The notes below the pieces were generated by a model, which saw nothing but the letters and a program-made list of their open reading frames with translations, did no database searches and had not been told where the DNA came from. Below are positions 13,101 to 29,200 of a stretch of 64,000 nt of DNA, one piece after another. The number at the start of each line of letters is the position of its first letter. The first letter of the stretch is position 1. The position numbers and the translations under genes are program-made. Origin of the DNA: Euprymna scolopes (taxonomy: Eukaryota); NCBI GenBank assembly GCA_053919585.1, contig CM132819.1; one strand, 5' to 3'.

Positions 13101-16100
13101 CACAATGGAGGAAGAGAAAGGAAAAAAAAACTGAGGTTTGAAGCCATGTGGCGACGATAGCAATTTGGAAACGTTTGCGCAAGAGAATTTTTTTTTTTTT
13201 TTTAAAACATTTTCACGCCAAGCAAAGCACAGTTCCACTTTGATAAGGACATAAATTACATGGATATCATGTAGTGAGTTGTACAGTAAAATGTTCACAC
13301 TACACTTGAACTTCTGCATGTAAGTACAGTTGTAGAACCCGTAAGAGAATTTCAAAGTCAAGCAGTTCTGAATAAGAAGCTATATGAGTAGAAGGCTTTC
13401 ATACATCTAGGCATCTCTACTGTGTAAGGGTGGGACTTTACTGCTTGTCGGGTTTGTCAGGGGTATTTACGTCGAGGGGGTAAAAGGGCCTGTAGTTCTT
13501 TGGAACATTCACCATTAAAATACATGTAAAACAGGCAGAGGGATGTTATATTTCGTTGATGGGATATAGGTTGAAGCTTAGATGACAGTTCAGGAGGTAT
13601 TAGGTTGGTGACTCTTTTGAACCCTGTTAAGGATGGAGAGACTAGTAGCAGATGCACAAGTCCAAATGTGACAACGATACTCCATATATAAGCGAACAGT
13701 GGCCTAGTATAGGTACAAGATACTTTCAGATGTAAGTAACTTTCTAGCAGAACAAAAAATGGTAAGATGATTGTTCGCCGTCGGGAAGACATAGCAGCTG
13801 GTTGTAGCTAAGGACTGGAAAGTGGGTAATTGATTCGCGAGAAATGCAGGGATGTATTTTATATTTTTGCTCACTTGGAAAATTATGTGGTTTGATAAAA
13901 AAAACGACCGTAAATAAATGCCTTTTGTTTCAACTGAAAAAAAAATCAAGTTGAATTTCTTTCCTTTGTTATTGTCTCGGCATACAATGGATTGTGTCAC
14001 AGTTAAACTGTAATGGCCACGTTACAAGATGACAATCATTTAAGCAACACACTTTAATTAAAAGGACATTTATTTGTAGCTTAATTGTAAACAAGGACTA
14101 GTATTGGTTGCTTATGATGAGAATGATCATTCCCATCATTCAAATAGACATATGAGAAAATGTAGATGAAACAAAGAAAACAATGCCTGGTATAAAGAAA
14201 GAGTGAGATTATTAAGAAATTATACAAATTATTTATTCCTAGACTAGATGTGCGATTGTTTTGATTGTAGTCAGGTGTTTAGATCTTAGATGAAAGACGT
14301 TCTTATTTTAGTTTACTTTCTCTGCCAATGCTGTGGGGGTTGGATAGGTCTCGATTTGTCAGTAATCTGTTGCAATTTATATCTTGTGTTTATAATTTTT
14401 GTATGGAAACTTTCAGTACACCTGGCAAATCTGAAAGAGTCAACCAGAAATTAGGATTACTAGTACGGTGACAAAGGCATACGTAAAACAAATGTTTGGT
14501 GTCAGATGCCGCAGGATAATTATTCTTTAATCCTTTAAAACTGAGTTGCTTTGACAAGATCATCATATTCGGTTCATCGTCCATTTTACATGCTGGCATG
14601 TGCTGAGCAGCTTTTAGAAAATGAATTCCAAATTAATCTACCACTGGCCAGACATTTATCTGTCGCTCTTTCTTTCAAGTCGATTCTTTTAAATTAGTCC
14701 CATATTCTGCTTAACCTTTCCTTGTAAATTGGTCCTCTTACTTGAAATGTTCTACATCTCTTAGCCCAAGAACTCTCCTCCATTCTTTCAATGTGGCTAC
14801 ACAACTGAAGTTTCCTGTTCTGCAAATATACCCGCTATACTGTCCAGATTTAATCTTCCTCTGAGGTCTTCAGATCTAAACAGCATAGTGAAATACGATA
14901 GACATGGCATAACACTGATATATGACAACTGAAGAAGGTTGAAATAGTCACAAAGTTTTGCCAGACTCCTTACATCATTCTACCAGATTATCTGTAATTT
15001 GTTTCCTCCAAAATATCCTTTTTATAGACTGAACATCGATAGCTTGTTTTTCTTGTCTTCGTAGGATTTAATTAAAAATAAATGTATAGATGGTAATTAC
15101 TTTTTAAGCAATAAAGCTTGAAGATAGCATATAGACTACATGTGACATGCTAGCTCATTTAAGTTTATTTAATGTGGAAAAGACAAATTGAGATAATAGC
15201 AGTAAGGTGCATAACTTATAACTTTCCTATATTTCTCTAAGGCAGAAATAAAACCTGGCTGAAGAATAAGTTAAATATTTAGGTTTTGTTAAATGAAGTT
15301 AGACTGAGCATAGTAAAAGCCCTGATCTTAGAGATGTTCTACAAAACAACTGGTTTCCAGTTATGGACTTTAAAGTTCGATTAAAAAAATGTTACAGTAG
15401 AGTCCATTAAAAATCTAATTTACTTACTAGTACAATCTTGTTCATCTGAAGCATCAGAACAATCAAATGTATTGTCACATTTCTTTTTAGCATCGATGCA
15501 TTGTCCGTTTTTACATTTGAATTGGTTGGGTTGGCAAAGTTGTGGTGTAGCTGAGAGTAGGAGGTGAAAGAAAGAGAAAGGTGCAGTGCATTGGAAGACA
15601 AGTGCAAAGAATGAGAAATGAATAAAGAAAATGGTGACAAAATATGAATTTTATGAATTTATGAGATTTATTGATGAGAAAGCATTAATATTTATGAAAG
15701 TTTCTTTCCAAATTTAAACGAATTTTATTTGAATAATCGAATGCTCAAGAATACTTTTTTGAGTTGAAGAAAAAAAATGTTCATTTTGCAATACTAAAAA
15801 ATAATTGATGCTATTATAGATTTAGGTTTATAAGTCAAAGATTGTGTCGTTTTATGTAATAATCATATTTTCTAATCAACTTACAACAATCTTGTTCATC
15901 TGAAGCATCAGAACAATCAAATGTTTGGTCACATTTCTTGTTAGCATCGATGCATTGTCCGTTTTTACATCTAAATTGGTTAGGTTGACAACGTTGTGAT
16001 GTGGCTGAGAGTAGGAGGTATAAGAAATTAGGAAAACAAAAAAATAGAAAAGAAAAAGAGAAACTCACAAAGAAATGAGATTTTTAAGAGAATATTTATG

Positions 16101-16333
16101 AAATTTATTGATTTAAATTAAATCTATTAATAATGAATATATGGTTATCTTTAACAGTCTAACTCTTTAATAACTGCCAAATATTTGCAAAATCTCGCAT
16201 TCTGACAGACATAAGCACAAAAATAATGGGGCATATTATTCTTGCGATTTTTAATTTTACTTGTGTTTGATCCCAGTAATAATTAATCATGCATCATATT
16301 TTTGAAGAACGCATTTAAATTAAAAACAAAAAA

Positions 16334-16402
<69 letters not shown>

Positions 16403-17199
16403 CGCGCTGTACGAAAAAAATTTATTTAGATTTATTTAGTTATTGGAAATTGTGTCGATTTATGTAATAATCATATTTTCTAATTGACTTACAACAATCT
16501 TGTTCATCTGAAGCATCAGAACAATCAAATGTTTTGTCACATTTCTTGCTAGCATCGATGCATTGTCCGTTTTTACATTCAAACTGGTTAGGTCGGCAAC
16601 GTTGTGATGTGGCTGAGTGAGTGAGAGGTGAAAGAAAGGTGCAGTGCATAAGACGAGTGCAAAGAAAAGATTGTACAAAAAGAAGTTACTATAAGAAAGG
16701 ATTTATTAAGAATTAAAGCATCAATAACAATTTAAATTCAAGATTTTTTTTTCGTTAAAATTGTAATAGAAATATCTAATTAGAATATTTTGAATTTTAA
16801 ATGAAAATGAATTTGCATTAATTTTATTTCATGATTTCTGGGGGATTATGAAAATTAACCATCATAATTATGGAAAGATTTTTTTTTTTTTAATATTTAC
16901 GATTAAAATCAAAAAATAACACAGAAAAATGTCCACACATCAGTAAAACTCATCAGTGCAGTTGGACATACACCTTTCCGCAGTCGTGGATCCAACCTAT
17001 AACCATGTTAACAGTCGGCAGCCCTTAGCATCGGACTACGAATAAGTGCCTGTAAAGATTTCTTAAGTGTCTATTAAATTAAGACTTGCCGGTCGCACAA
17101 TGCTAAGACCATGAGTTTGTTTGCAAACAAACTTAATAGTTGGCTTTGTTTAGTTGCTTAAATATGCGTCGGATGAAACTATATTTACGAAGTGCTCAG

Positions 17200-17260
<61 letters not shown>

Positions 17261-20200
17261 TCATTTAATGATTTGATCTTGGAAACTATGCATTGTATAT
17301 ATACCATAGTGCTAGTTTTATTTTAAATATACATAATTACCACCGGTTGTTCCTTTTAAAATAAAAAAAGCTTGATATAGCTCTTGTTGAGTAAGGCCGA
17401 AACCGATTGGCCGACTTTATTTTTGTAATAGTTTTTTACTTTTAATCTTATATACTAGAAAAAAAAGTCTACCCTTTATAATTACGATAACTAAATTTTA
17501 TTTTGTAATTTTAAATATTCAGCTTCAATCTATTTTAGATATAAACTAGCAATAATTACCCAGTGAATAGATTTTAGTTATTAATTTTTATTTGTTTACT
17601 AATTTTTAAACTGAAAAACAGGAGAAATAAAATCTGAATTATGAAGTAAACAGCTCCTATACTAACAATCACCACCGATAATTTTTATTTTAAGGTCTTT
17701 ATTTTTAAATATTTCATATTATCTGTTTTCTAGGCTGGACTAAGTAATTTTGTTAGATAAGTTGTTGGAAAGTATGTTATGTTGTCAATAACATGGTGTA
17801 ATAATAAAACGTGAAAATTGGTTTGTTCAAAGCAAAGTTTAATCGTAAGCTTAAATGCTATTTTAGTCGGACTTTAAAAAATCCGACAAGATAATTTTAT
17901 CTAATATATAAGGTTATCTTAAATTGTATAAATTCAAGCCCTTATTGCAAATCTACTTACTGCAGTTGGCTTCATCCGAAGCATCAGAACAATCAGATGT
18001 TTGATCACATTTCTTGTTAGCATCGATACATTGTCCATTTTTACATCTGAATTGGTTGGGTTGGCAACGTTGTGCAGCGGCTGGGTGAGTGAGAGATGAA
18101 AGCAAGAAAGGTGCAGTGCATAGGAGAACAAGTGCAAGTAATGATATCGATTACGTGCATAGAAAAAGTGAAATATAAAGATAAAAATAATTGAAAAATA
18201 AAAGACTTAAGGTTAGGTTCACTAAATTAGAAAGAAACATATTGCATCATTTGGGTTTTTCAGACTACTCTTCTGATTTGAATGGAACACCCGATATAAG
18301 AAAAAAAAAAAACACTCCGTCACTTTAAAGGTATCCAGATGCAGGGGGTTTCTACTTTAATAGTTTATTTTCTAGACTTGCTAACCATCGGAATTTCCCC
18401 CTGCTGCCAGTTTCCATGACTGCCCTAATGCTAATGTGGCATCGATATATATTAAGTTAAAACTTCACCACAAAAAGAGACAAGAGAAAAAATGAATACC
18501 ATTTTCAACTAAATATTTAACAAAATAGGATAAATCGTTTTAATTCTACTTTATCTAGTATCTGCTTGCTGACAACGAAAGACAAAATAAAGATTTGTCG
18601 CCATGGAAAAAAATAAAATGCTCTGCTAAATCTCGGGAAGTACAGTGTTCAACCAAATCCGTCATATCTGGAAACGTTATGGTATCACGCCAATTAACAC
18701 CAAGATAAAGGAATCGTGGTACACATGAGTCAGACGTGTGTTGAAGACTGATGACGACTCTTGCAAAACTCGCATTTAAATTTGAAGTTACTAGGTAGTC
18801 ACTAAAAGGAAAGCTAATGACGCGTTATATGAAGTCCTGGACAATGATCCCAGAAAAAAAAAAACAACAAAAAAAACAACCTTCATCCAGACCAAGCTCA
18901 TGATTGTTCCAAAGGGGAGGTAATGGTCCATTGTTGTGGACCTCACTGTGGCTCAAAACTAACACAAAGAAAAATAAAGGAACAAAGTTCAATGTCTCTA
19001 GTCAAATAAATCTTTATATAAAGATGAAATTTTTTTAAAAAGATGATTTTAGATGTGGTTGACTAAATTAGAAAGACACGCATGTTGCATCATTTGGATT
19101 ATTTAGACTACTGTTCTCATTTTGGATTGAACAACGGGTATAAGTGCTAAATATTCAGTTCTAATGCCGTGCTTTTACAGGGTGAAGATTTAATCCTGAG
19201 TACAGATAATATTATTAATACAATTACAATTTAGTTATGACCTCTACTCCATCATGGCTGATAAACAAGAGCAAGTTTCCATCATTACCATCATTATATT
19301 TGTTTAACGTCCATTTTATATTATAGCAATAGTTGTCCGAAAAATCAACTGTCCAGATTTAATCTTCTGAGGTCATCAGAATAAGCGTCTTGTAGACCGA
19401 CATGAGACACCGATCATATACTCCTCCTGAGTTCATCATAAACATTACCGAGTTTGACAACGATGCACTTGTAAAAGTTCAGGCGTTACATTGATCGAAA
19501 CGAGGAGAAATTCCAAGATGAGAATAGAAAGCCAAAAAAACAAATATAACAAATTTATTAATCTTTATCCCGAAACTTTGAAACCACAACAAATGTTCTA
19601 AATTTGTTTATATTTTAGGTGAATTCTTATGAACAAAATCAATGTATATTTAAACTTTTATGAAATATTTCGAATTTACTGTTATCTGTAAAACCAAGGT
19701 GCTCTTAAAACCCAATGGACAAAGAAACAGTTATTTTAGTGATAAGCGAGGTATGTCCCTTTATTATGCAGAACTCTTCGAAGAGCAAAAAAAAGGAGAT
19801 TGAATCTTCAGATTAACAACATGGTCACAATGAACAAGCAAGTCTCTTATTTTTGATGTTTGCCAATGTGTAAATATCTCCAGGGTGAATAATTATATTT
19901 ATAAACGTTATCACTTTAAATTTATTTAAATTCTGTGACGTACATATTACGAGTACATTTATCTTGATATTGAGATAATTCAAATACATGTTTAAATGTC
20001 AATTTGAAATTAAAGTATAAATAATTTGATACGTGACAGGAACTAGGTTTAATTACTTACTACAGTTGGCTTCATCCGACCCATCGGAACAATCATCATA
20101 ATCATCACATTTGTAGATAGCATTTATACATTGTCCGTTTTTACATTCAAATTGGTTAGCTGGGCAACGCTGTGAAGTGGCTGTGCACGAAAGATGAAAC

Positions 20201-23200
20201 GTGTCAAAATGTTAAGTGCAATGAAAAGGGAGATAAGCGTGCAAGATAAAATAAAAAGCAAACAATTTACATGTGTGTTTGAAGAGATAATTACAATGTT
20301 TTGTAAGGATGTATTACATCCTTTCCTTTTTTATCACTTCCAAAGTAGTCTATCTTTAGCCAGGTCTTTATTCATCCCTCTTTCCCTCAAATTCAACCCC
20401 TGTCATTTCCTCCCATGTTTTCCTTGGTCTTCCATTTCCAACTGATCCTATTACCACAACTCTTCTACATCTTATCTTTCTAGATGGTGCTAGTCTTTTT
20501 CTACTATTAGTATTTCCATAATAGGGGCTCGACTGAGCTTCACACTCTGCCCTCCACTCATAATCTTCTCAGAAAGATAAAACATCCAAAAATTGCAAAA
20601 TTTAATCAATCAGCACATCTATTACTTCAGAAAAATGTACAGTTTTTTTGGTAAGAATCGATGACAGACATTAACGTCGCACGAACTTCGAAAATAACAA
20701 GTGAGATGATTCAATTTCCGCTGGCGATATTATGTCTATCAATAGAAAGAAAACAGCAAAATAAACATTTTTCTGCACAAATAACATTATGCAAAAAAAT
20801 CACCTATTTTATTAACTTTTGTAATTTTTGGATATTTTCAAGATTGTAACAATCCCGATTGACATGTATGCAACAGCAGCAGGGCGTGAGGTAACGTCAG
20901 AACGAAAGAGGAAGGAAACTGAAGCAGAGAGGTTTGAAGCCATGTGGCGATGATTTGGCGGCACATGTTGGTGAGAGGAAATTTTTACAAAGAAATGGTC
21001 AGATGATCTATGTCGCGGGGCACAAAAAGCAGCAGCTATGGACTGCAAAGTGGGTAACTTGTATGAGAGAAACGCAAGGGTGCGTCTACATTTTCGCATC
21101 CTTGGTACATTATGTACTTGTGGTTTGGTAATAAAACGGCCGTAAAGAAATGGCTTTTGTTTCAACTGAAAAAAGATAGAGTTGAATATCTTTCATTTGT
21201 TCCTTTGCAAATGTGTTGGGTCCGAGTGAAAATGTACCGGCCACGTTAGAAGATTACAATTATTCAAGTAATTGTAAACAAGAACTAGTATTGGTTGCTT
21301 ATGCTGAGACTGATCATCCCCATCATTCAAAGAGACATACGAGAGAATGTGGATGAAACAAAAGAATGCCTAGTATCAAGAAAGAGTGACAGACTATCGA
21401 GTTAAGAAAGGAATTATGCAAATTAGTTATTCCTAGACTATATGTGCAATTGTTTTACTTTTAGTCAGGTGTTTAGATCTTAGATGAAAATGTTTGTATT
21501 TTATTTTCCTTTGTCTGTCAATGCTGTGGGAGTTGGACATCTCCCGATTTGTCAGCGATCTGTTGCAATTTGTATCTTTTGCTTATAATTTCTATATGGA
21601 AACTTTCAGTACGCCTGGCAAATCTGAAAGAGTCAACCAGAAATTACCTTGACTCGTCCGGTGAAAAAAAAGCATACGTAAAACGAACCATGTTTGTTGT
21701 CGGATGCTGCATGATAATTATTCTTTAATCCTTTAAAACAGTTGCTATGGCAACATCGTCATTATATTCGGTTCATCGTTCATTTAACATGCTGACATTT
21801 GCTGAACAGCTTTTAGAAAATGAATTCCAAGTAAATCTACCTTTGGCCAAATATTTTTCTACCGCTTTCTGTTAAGTCTATTCTTTTAAATTAATCCCAT
21901 ATTTTGTTTAACCTTCCCTTGGAAACTTCAACCGTTCTACATCTCTTAGCTCTAGAACTCATTCATTCTCTCAATGTGGCTACACAACTGAAGTTTCCTG
22001 TTCAGCAAATATACCCCTATACTGTCCAGATTTAATCTTTCTCTGATTTCTTCAGATCTAAACAACAGCATAGTGAAATACGATAGACACTGATATATGA
22101 CAACTGAAGCAGGTTGAAATTGTTACAAAGTTTTGCCAGACTCCTTACATCATTCTACCAGATTTTTTCTTATATTTGATTTCTCCAAAATCTTTTTATA
22201 AACAAAACATTGATATCTTTTTGTATTTTGTTTGTAGGGTATAATTAAAATAAATGTATTGATGGCAATTACTTCTTATGCAATAAAGCTCATTAAAACT
22301 AAGTTTATTTAACATGGCAAAGACAAATTCAGATAATAGTAGTAAGGTGCATAAGTTATAACTTTCCTATATTTCTCTAAGGCAGAAACAAACCCTGGCT
22401 GAAGAATAAGTTAAATATTCAGGTTTTGTTTAATGAAGTTAGACTGAGCATAGTAAAAGCTCTGATCCTACAGATGGTCTACGAAACAACTATATTGGTT
22501 TCAAGTGATGGACGTTACAGATCAATTAAAAAATATTTAAGTAGAGTTTATCAAAAATCTAATTTACTTACTAGTACAATCTTGTTCATCTGAAGCATCA
22601 GAACAATCAAATGTATTGTCACATTTCTTGTTAGCATTGATGCATTGTCCGTTTTTACATTTGAATTGGTTGGGTAGGCAACGTTGTGGTGTAGCTGAGA
22701 GTAGGAGGTGAAAGAAAGAGAAAGGTGCAGTGCATTGGAAGATAAATGCAACGAAAATGTGGTAAGTATAGAAAATGGTTGAAAATAAGGGATTTTTTTT
22801 TTTTTTTTTTTAGAGAATCCAGGATATTTATTGATGAGAATTAAAGCATTAATATTTATGAAAGTCATTTTCAAATTAATTTTATCAAAATGATCGTATA
22901 CGAATAATCGTACGCCAAAGAATCCTTTTTGTAGTTGAAGGGAAAAAAATGTTCATTTTACAATACTAAAAAATAATTGACACTATTATAGATTTAGGCT
23001 TATAAGTCATCAGAAATTGTACCCATTTATGTAATAATCATATTTGCTTATCTGCTTGCAACAATCTTGTTCATCTGAATCATCAGAACAATCAAATGTT
23101 TTGTCACATTTTTTGTTAGCATCTATGCATTGTCCGTTTTTACATTCAAATTGGTTGGGTTGACAACATTGTGAGGTGGGTGAGTGTACGAAGTGAAAGA

Positions 23201-26200
23201 AAGAAAGGTGCAAATCTTGGAAGATAAAGGTATAAAAAGAAAACAGCTTCCCTAAAGAAATGAGATTTTTAAGAAAATATTTATGAAATTTATTGATTTA
23301 AATTAAATCTATTAATGATAAATATATGGGTGTCTTGAACAGTTTAACTCTTTAATAATTACCAAATATTTGCATCATCTCACTTTTCGACAGACGTTAG
23401 CACAAAAATAATAGGGCATATTATTCTTGCGATTTTGGATTTTTAATTTTACTTGTGTTTGATCTTCGTAATCATAATTCATGCATCATATTCCTGAAGA
23501 ACGCATTTAAAGTTAAAATAAAAGAAAATCCTTATATATATATATATAGAGAGAGAGCTGTACAAAATTATTAATTTAAATTTATTTAGTTATTGGAAAT
23601 TGTGTCGATTTATGTATTAATCATATTTTCTAATCAACTTACAACAATCTTGTTCATCTGAAGCATCAGAACAATCAAATGTTTTGTCACATTTCTTGTT
23701 AGCATCGATGCATTGTCCGTTTTTACATTCGAATTGGTTAGGTCGGCAACGTTGTGATGTAGCTGAGTGAGTGAGAGGTGAAAGAATGGTGCAGTGCATG
23801 AGAAGACGAGTGCAAAAAAAATTTTTTACAGAAACGAAAAAGTTACTATGAGAAAGGATTTATGGCATTATTGATCAGAATTAAAGCATGAATGTAAATT
23901 TAAGAATTATTTTCATTAAAATTAATTGTAATAGAATTATTTAATTAGACTATTTTCAATGTTAATGAGAAATGCTATTTTAAATTACAATGAATTTGCA
24001 TCAGATTTATGACTTTACATATACATAGTTTCCACCGGTTTTTCCTTTTCAAATAAAAAACTCGATACAGCTTTAGATGAGCGAAGCCAAAACCGGTAGG
24101 GTGACTATTTTAGTTTTATATTTTTGCTTTTGATCTTGCATATTAGAAAACAAAAATCTTCCCGCCATAATTACGATAACTAAATTTTATTTTGTAATTT
24201 TGAAAATTCAGTTTTTATCTTTTTTTATATATAAACTAACAATAATTAACCGGTGAAAGGATTTTAGTTATTAATTTTTATTTGTTTAATTCGAAAAAAA
24301 AAAATCTGAATTATAAAGAAAACGACTTCTATACTAATTATTCCCATTGATGGTCTTTATTTTTAAATTTCATATTACCTGTTGTCTAGGCTGAATTAAG
24401 TTATTTTGTTAGATAAATCGTTGGAAAGTATGTTATGCCATCAATAACATGGTGTGATAATAAAACGTGAAAATTGGTTTATTCAAAGCAACGTTTGATT
24501 GTAAACGTAAATGCTATTCTAGTCTGACGTTAAAAAATCCGACAAGATTAACTTTATATGTTAGAAAAATTATCTTAAATTGTATAAATTCAAGCCCTTA
24601 TTGCTAATCTACTTACTGCAGTTGGCTTCATCTGAACCATCAGAACAATCAGATGTTTGGTCACATTTCTTGTTAGCATCGATACATTGTCCGTTTTTAC
24701 ATCTGAATTGGTTGGGTTGGCAACGTTGTGCAGTGGCTGGGTGAGTGAGAGGTGAAAGAAAGAGAAAGGTGCAGTGCATATGGAAAACAAGTGCAAAGGA
24801 AAAGTGAAATATAAAGATAAAAATATTTGAAAAATAAAAAAACTTAAGGTCAGGTTGACTAAATTAAAGAGAAACATGTTGCATCATTTGGATTAGTCAG
24901 ACACCTATTCTCGTTTTAGATGGCAAAACGGATATAAAAAATCCCACCCCTTCATTTAGAGGTTCCGAGATGCAGAAGGGTTTCTACTTTAATAATTCTT
25001 TTCTAGACTTGCCAGTTTTTCTGCCTGCACTAATGGTAAGGTGGCATCAATATTTATTAAACTAAAACTTATTACTATAAAAAGAGGTAAGAGAGAAAAT
25101 AAATACCATTTTCAACTAAATATTTAACAAAATAGGATAAATCGTTTTGGTTCTATTTTATCTAGTATCTGCTTGCTGACAACGAAAGACACAAAGTAAA
25201 GATCTGCCATCTTGGAAAAAAGTAAAATGCTCTGCTGAATCTCGGGAAGTACAGTGTTCAACCAAATCTGTCATATCCAGAAACATGATAGCATCACGCC
25301 AATTGATAGCAAGTTCAAGGGATCGTGATACACAGGATTCAGACATGTGTTAAAAACTGTTGACGACTCTTGCGGAACTCATTCAAATTTGAAGTTACTT
25401 AGGTAGCCACTGAGAGTAAAGCTATTGACGAGCTAGATGAAACTTCTGGACAATGATCTCAGAACAAAAAAAACAACAAAAAAACCTTCACCCATAAATG
25501 AAGCAAAGTTCAATGTCTCCAGTCAAATAAATCTTTATATAAAATATAAGAATGGAAACAAAAATAAAAATAATTTATTTTAGGTTAAGTACATTAGAAA
25601 TAAACGCATGTTGCATCATTTGGATTATTCAGACTACTGTTCTCATTTTGGATTGAACAACGGATATAGGTGCTGAATATTCAGTTCTAATGCCGTGCTT
25701 TTACAGGTTGAAAATTTACTCCAGAGTACGGATGATACAAATAATACAATTACAATTTAGTTATGACCTCTACACCATCATGGCTTATGAAAAAGTGCAA
25801 GCTACCATCATCGCCATCATTATATTTGTTTAACGTCCATTTTATATGCTTGCATGCAATGGACGGCTTAAAGTAATTGACTAGCAAATTAATGTTATTT
25901 TGCTAGTTTTTTTTTTTTTTTAAATAACAATTTAAAATTTTTTTATTGTATTCTCTAATGGTCTCTAATTACCTCTATTTGCTCACAGATTCTACATCTA
26001 CCAACTTCATCCCTTCTTACACCGTGGCCATACCATCTAAGTCCCCTGTTTTGTACACATCTTATACTGTCTAGATTACATCTGAGATTTTCAGAACTGA
26101 GCCTGCTTTGTACACGGACATTAGACATCCATCATATGATTCTCCAAGTTGACCAAGATGCACTCGTTGGAGGTTACATTAGTCAAAAACGAGAATTATT

Positions 26201-29200
26201 CGAAGATGAAAATAGTCAGAAAATCAACTGTCCAGATTTAATCTTCTTCCGAGCTAATCAGAACTAAATCTGTCTTGTAGACAGACACAAGACAGCGATC
26301 ATATACTCTCAAGTTCAACATGAACATTCCGAGTTTGACAAAGATGCAATTGTAAAAGTTTGGGCGTTACATTGATTGAAACGAGAATAACTTCTAATAC
26401 AGACTTATTAATCTTTATCCCGAAAATTTGGAAACAAGAAACAAGTGTTCTTAATCTGTTTATATTTTAGATGAAGTCTTATGAAAAATATCAAAAGTGC
26501 ATTTGGACTTTAAACATTTCTAATTTACTGTTATCTTTTTATTAAGTAAAACCAAGGTGCTCTTGGAGACCAAATGGACAAAGAAACAACTATTTTAGTG
26601 ATAAGAGAGTTATGTCCCTTTATTATGTAGAACTCTCAGAACAGCAAAGAAAGGAGATTGAATCGTCAGATTAAAAACATGGTCAAAATGAACAAGCACG
26701 TCTCTCTTATTTCTGATGTTTGCCAATGTGTAAATATCTCCAGGATGAATAATTATATTTATAAATATTACCATTTTAAATTTTGTGAAATTATACGAGT
26801 AAGTATCTTGATATTGAGATAATTCAAATAAATTTTTAAATGTCAATTTGAAATTTTATTTAAAGTATTAAAAATTTGATACGTGAGAGGAACTAGGTTT
26901 AATTACTTACTACAGTTGGCTTCATCCGACCCATCGGAACAGTCGACATAGTCGTCACATTTGTAGATAGCATTTATACATTGTCCGTTTTTACATTCAA
27001 ATTGGTTAGCTGGGCAACGCTGTGAAATGGCTGTGCACGAAAGATGAAATGTGTCAAAATGTTAAGTGCAACGAAAAGGGAGATAAGCATGCAAGAGAAA
27101 ATGAAAAGCAAACAAAAAACAGTTCCCATGTCTGTTTGAAGATAAAATTACAATGTTTTGTAAGGATATATTACATCCTTGCCCTTTTTTATCACTTCCA
27201 AAGTAGACTATCTTTAGCCAGGTCTTTATTCATCCTCTTTCCCTTAAATTCAACCCGTATCATTTCCTTCCGTGGTTTCTTTGGTCTTCCATTTTAAACT
27301 GATCCTACGACCACACCTCTTTTAAACGTTGCTAGACTTTCTCTACTATTTGTATTTCCATGATCGGTGCTCGACTGAGCTTCACACTGACTCTTCCTCA
27401 TATAGTCTTCTCAGCGAGACAATATATTAAAAAATTACGAAATTTCTACAAGTTGTGGCGCGAGGTATCGTCACAAGAAAGTAAGAAAAAGAAAAGCAGA
27501 GAAGTTAGAAGCCATGTGGCTACGATATCAACTTGGAAACACCTGTTGTTTCAAGAGGAACTTTTAACAAAAATACGATCAGATGACAGTGTTCCATAGG
27601 CCAGACATGGTAGCCGGCTATATCTGGACTGGGAAGTGGGTAATTAATCCGAGAGAAATGCAGAGATGCGTCTATATTTTCACTGACTAAGAAAATCATG
27701 TCTATGGTTTGATAATTAAACGACCATAAATAATTGCCCTTTGTTTCAACTGAAACAAAATCGAGCTGAATTTCTTTCCTTTGTCCTTTTGCAACTGTCT
27801 CTGCATACGTGTTGGGTCCGAGTGAAAATGTAATGGCCACGTTACAAGATGACGATTATTCAAGTAAAAGTTTTTTAATTAAAAAGGACATATTTAATTT
27901 TAAATGTTAGCCTAATTGTAAACAAGGACTAGTATTGGTTGCTTAGATTACAATTATTCAAGTAATAGTATCTTTAGTTAAAAGGACAATTAACTGTAGC
28001 ATAATTGTAAACAAGAACTAGTATTGGTTACTTATGATAAAACTGATCATTCCCATCATTCAAAGAAACATATGGGAGAATCTAAATGAAACAAAAGAAT
28101 GTCTAGTATCAAGAAAGAGTGACAGATTATCGAGTTAAGAAAGGAATTATGCAAATTATTTATTTCTAGACTAGATGTGAAATTGTTTTACTTTTAGTCT
28201 GGTGTTCAAGTCTCTTAGATGAAAGATGTTCATTCCTTTGTCTGCCAATGCTGTGGGAATTGGACATCTCCCGATTTGTCAGCGATCTGTTGCAATTTGT
28301 ATCTTTTACTTATAATTTCTGTACTGAAAGTTTCCGTACACCTGGCAAATCTGAAAGAGTCGACCAGAAATTACCTTGACTCGTCCGGTGAAAAAATGTA
28401 TATATAAATTAAACCATGTTTGGCGTCGGATGCTGCAGGATAATTATTCTTTAATCCTTTAAAACAGTTGCTATGGCAACATCGTCATTATATTCGGTTC
28501 ATCGTTCATTTAACATGCTGACATGTGCTGAACAGCTTTTAGAAAATGAATTCCAAGTAAATCTACCGCTGGGCAAATATTTTTCTACCGCTTTCTGTCA
28601 AGTCTATCCTTTTAAATTCATTTCTTATTTTGTTTAACCATCCCTTGTAAACTGGAAGTGTTCTACATCTCTTAGCCCAAGAACTCTCATCCGTTCTTTC
28701 AATGTGGCTACACAACTGAAGTTTCCTGTTCTGCAAATATACCCCTATACTGTCCAGATTCAATCTTCCTCTGAGGTCTTCAGATCTAAACAACAGCATA
28801 GTGAAATACGATAGACATGGCATAACACTGATATATGACAACTGAAGAAGGTTGAAATAGTCAGAAAGTTTTGCCAGACTCCTTACATCGTTCTACCAGA
28901 TTTTATCTCATATTTGTTTTCTTCAAAATACATTTTTCATAGATTGAACATTGATAGCTTTTTTTTGTTTTGTCGTTGTAGAATTTAATTAAAATGAATG
29001 AATAGATTGCAATTACTTTTAAGCAATAAAACTTCAAAATAGCATATAGACTACATATGATGTGCTAGCTCATTAAAACTAAGTTTATTTAATATGACAG
29101 AGTCAAATTGAGATAATAACAGTAAGGTGCATAAGTTATAACTTTTGTATATTTCGCAAAGGAAGAAATAAAACCTGGCTTAAGAATAAGTTGAATATTC

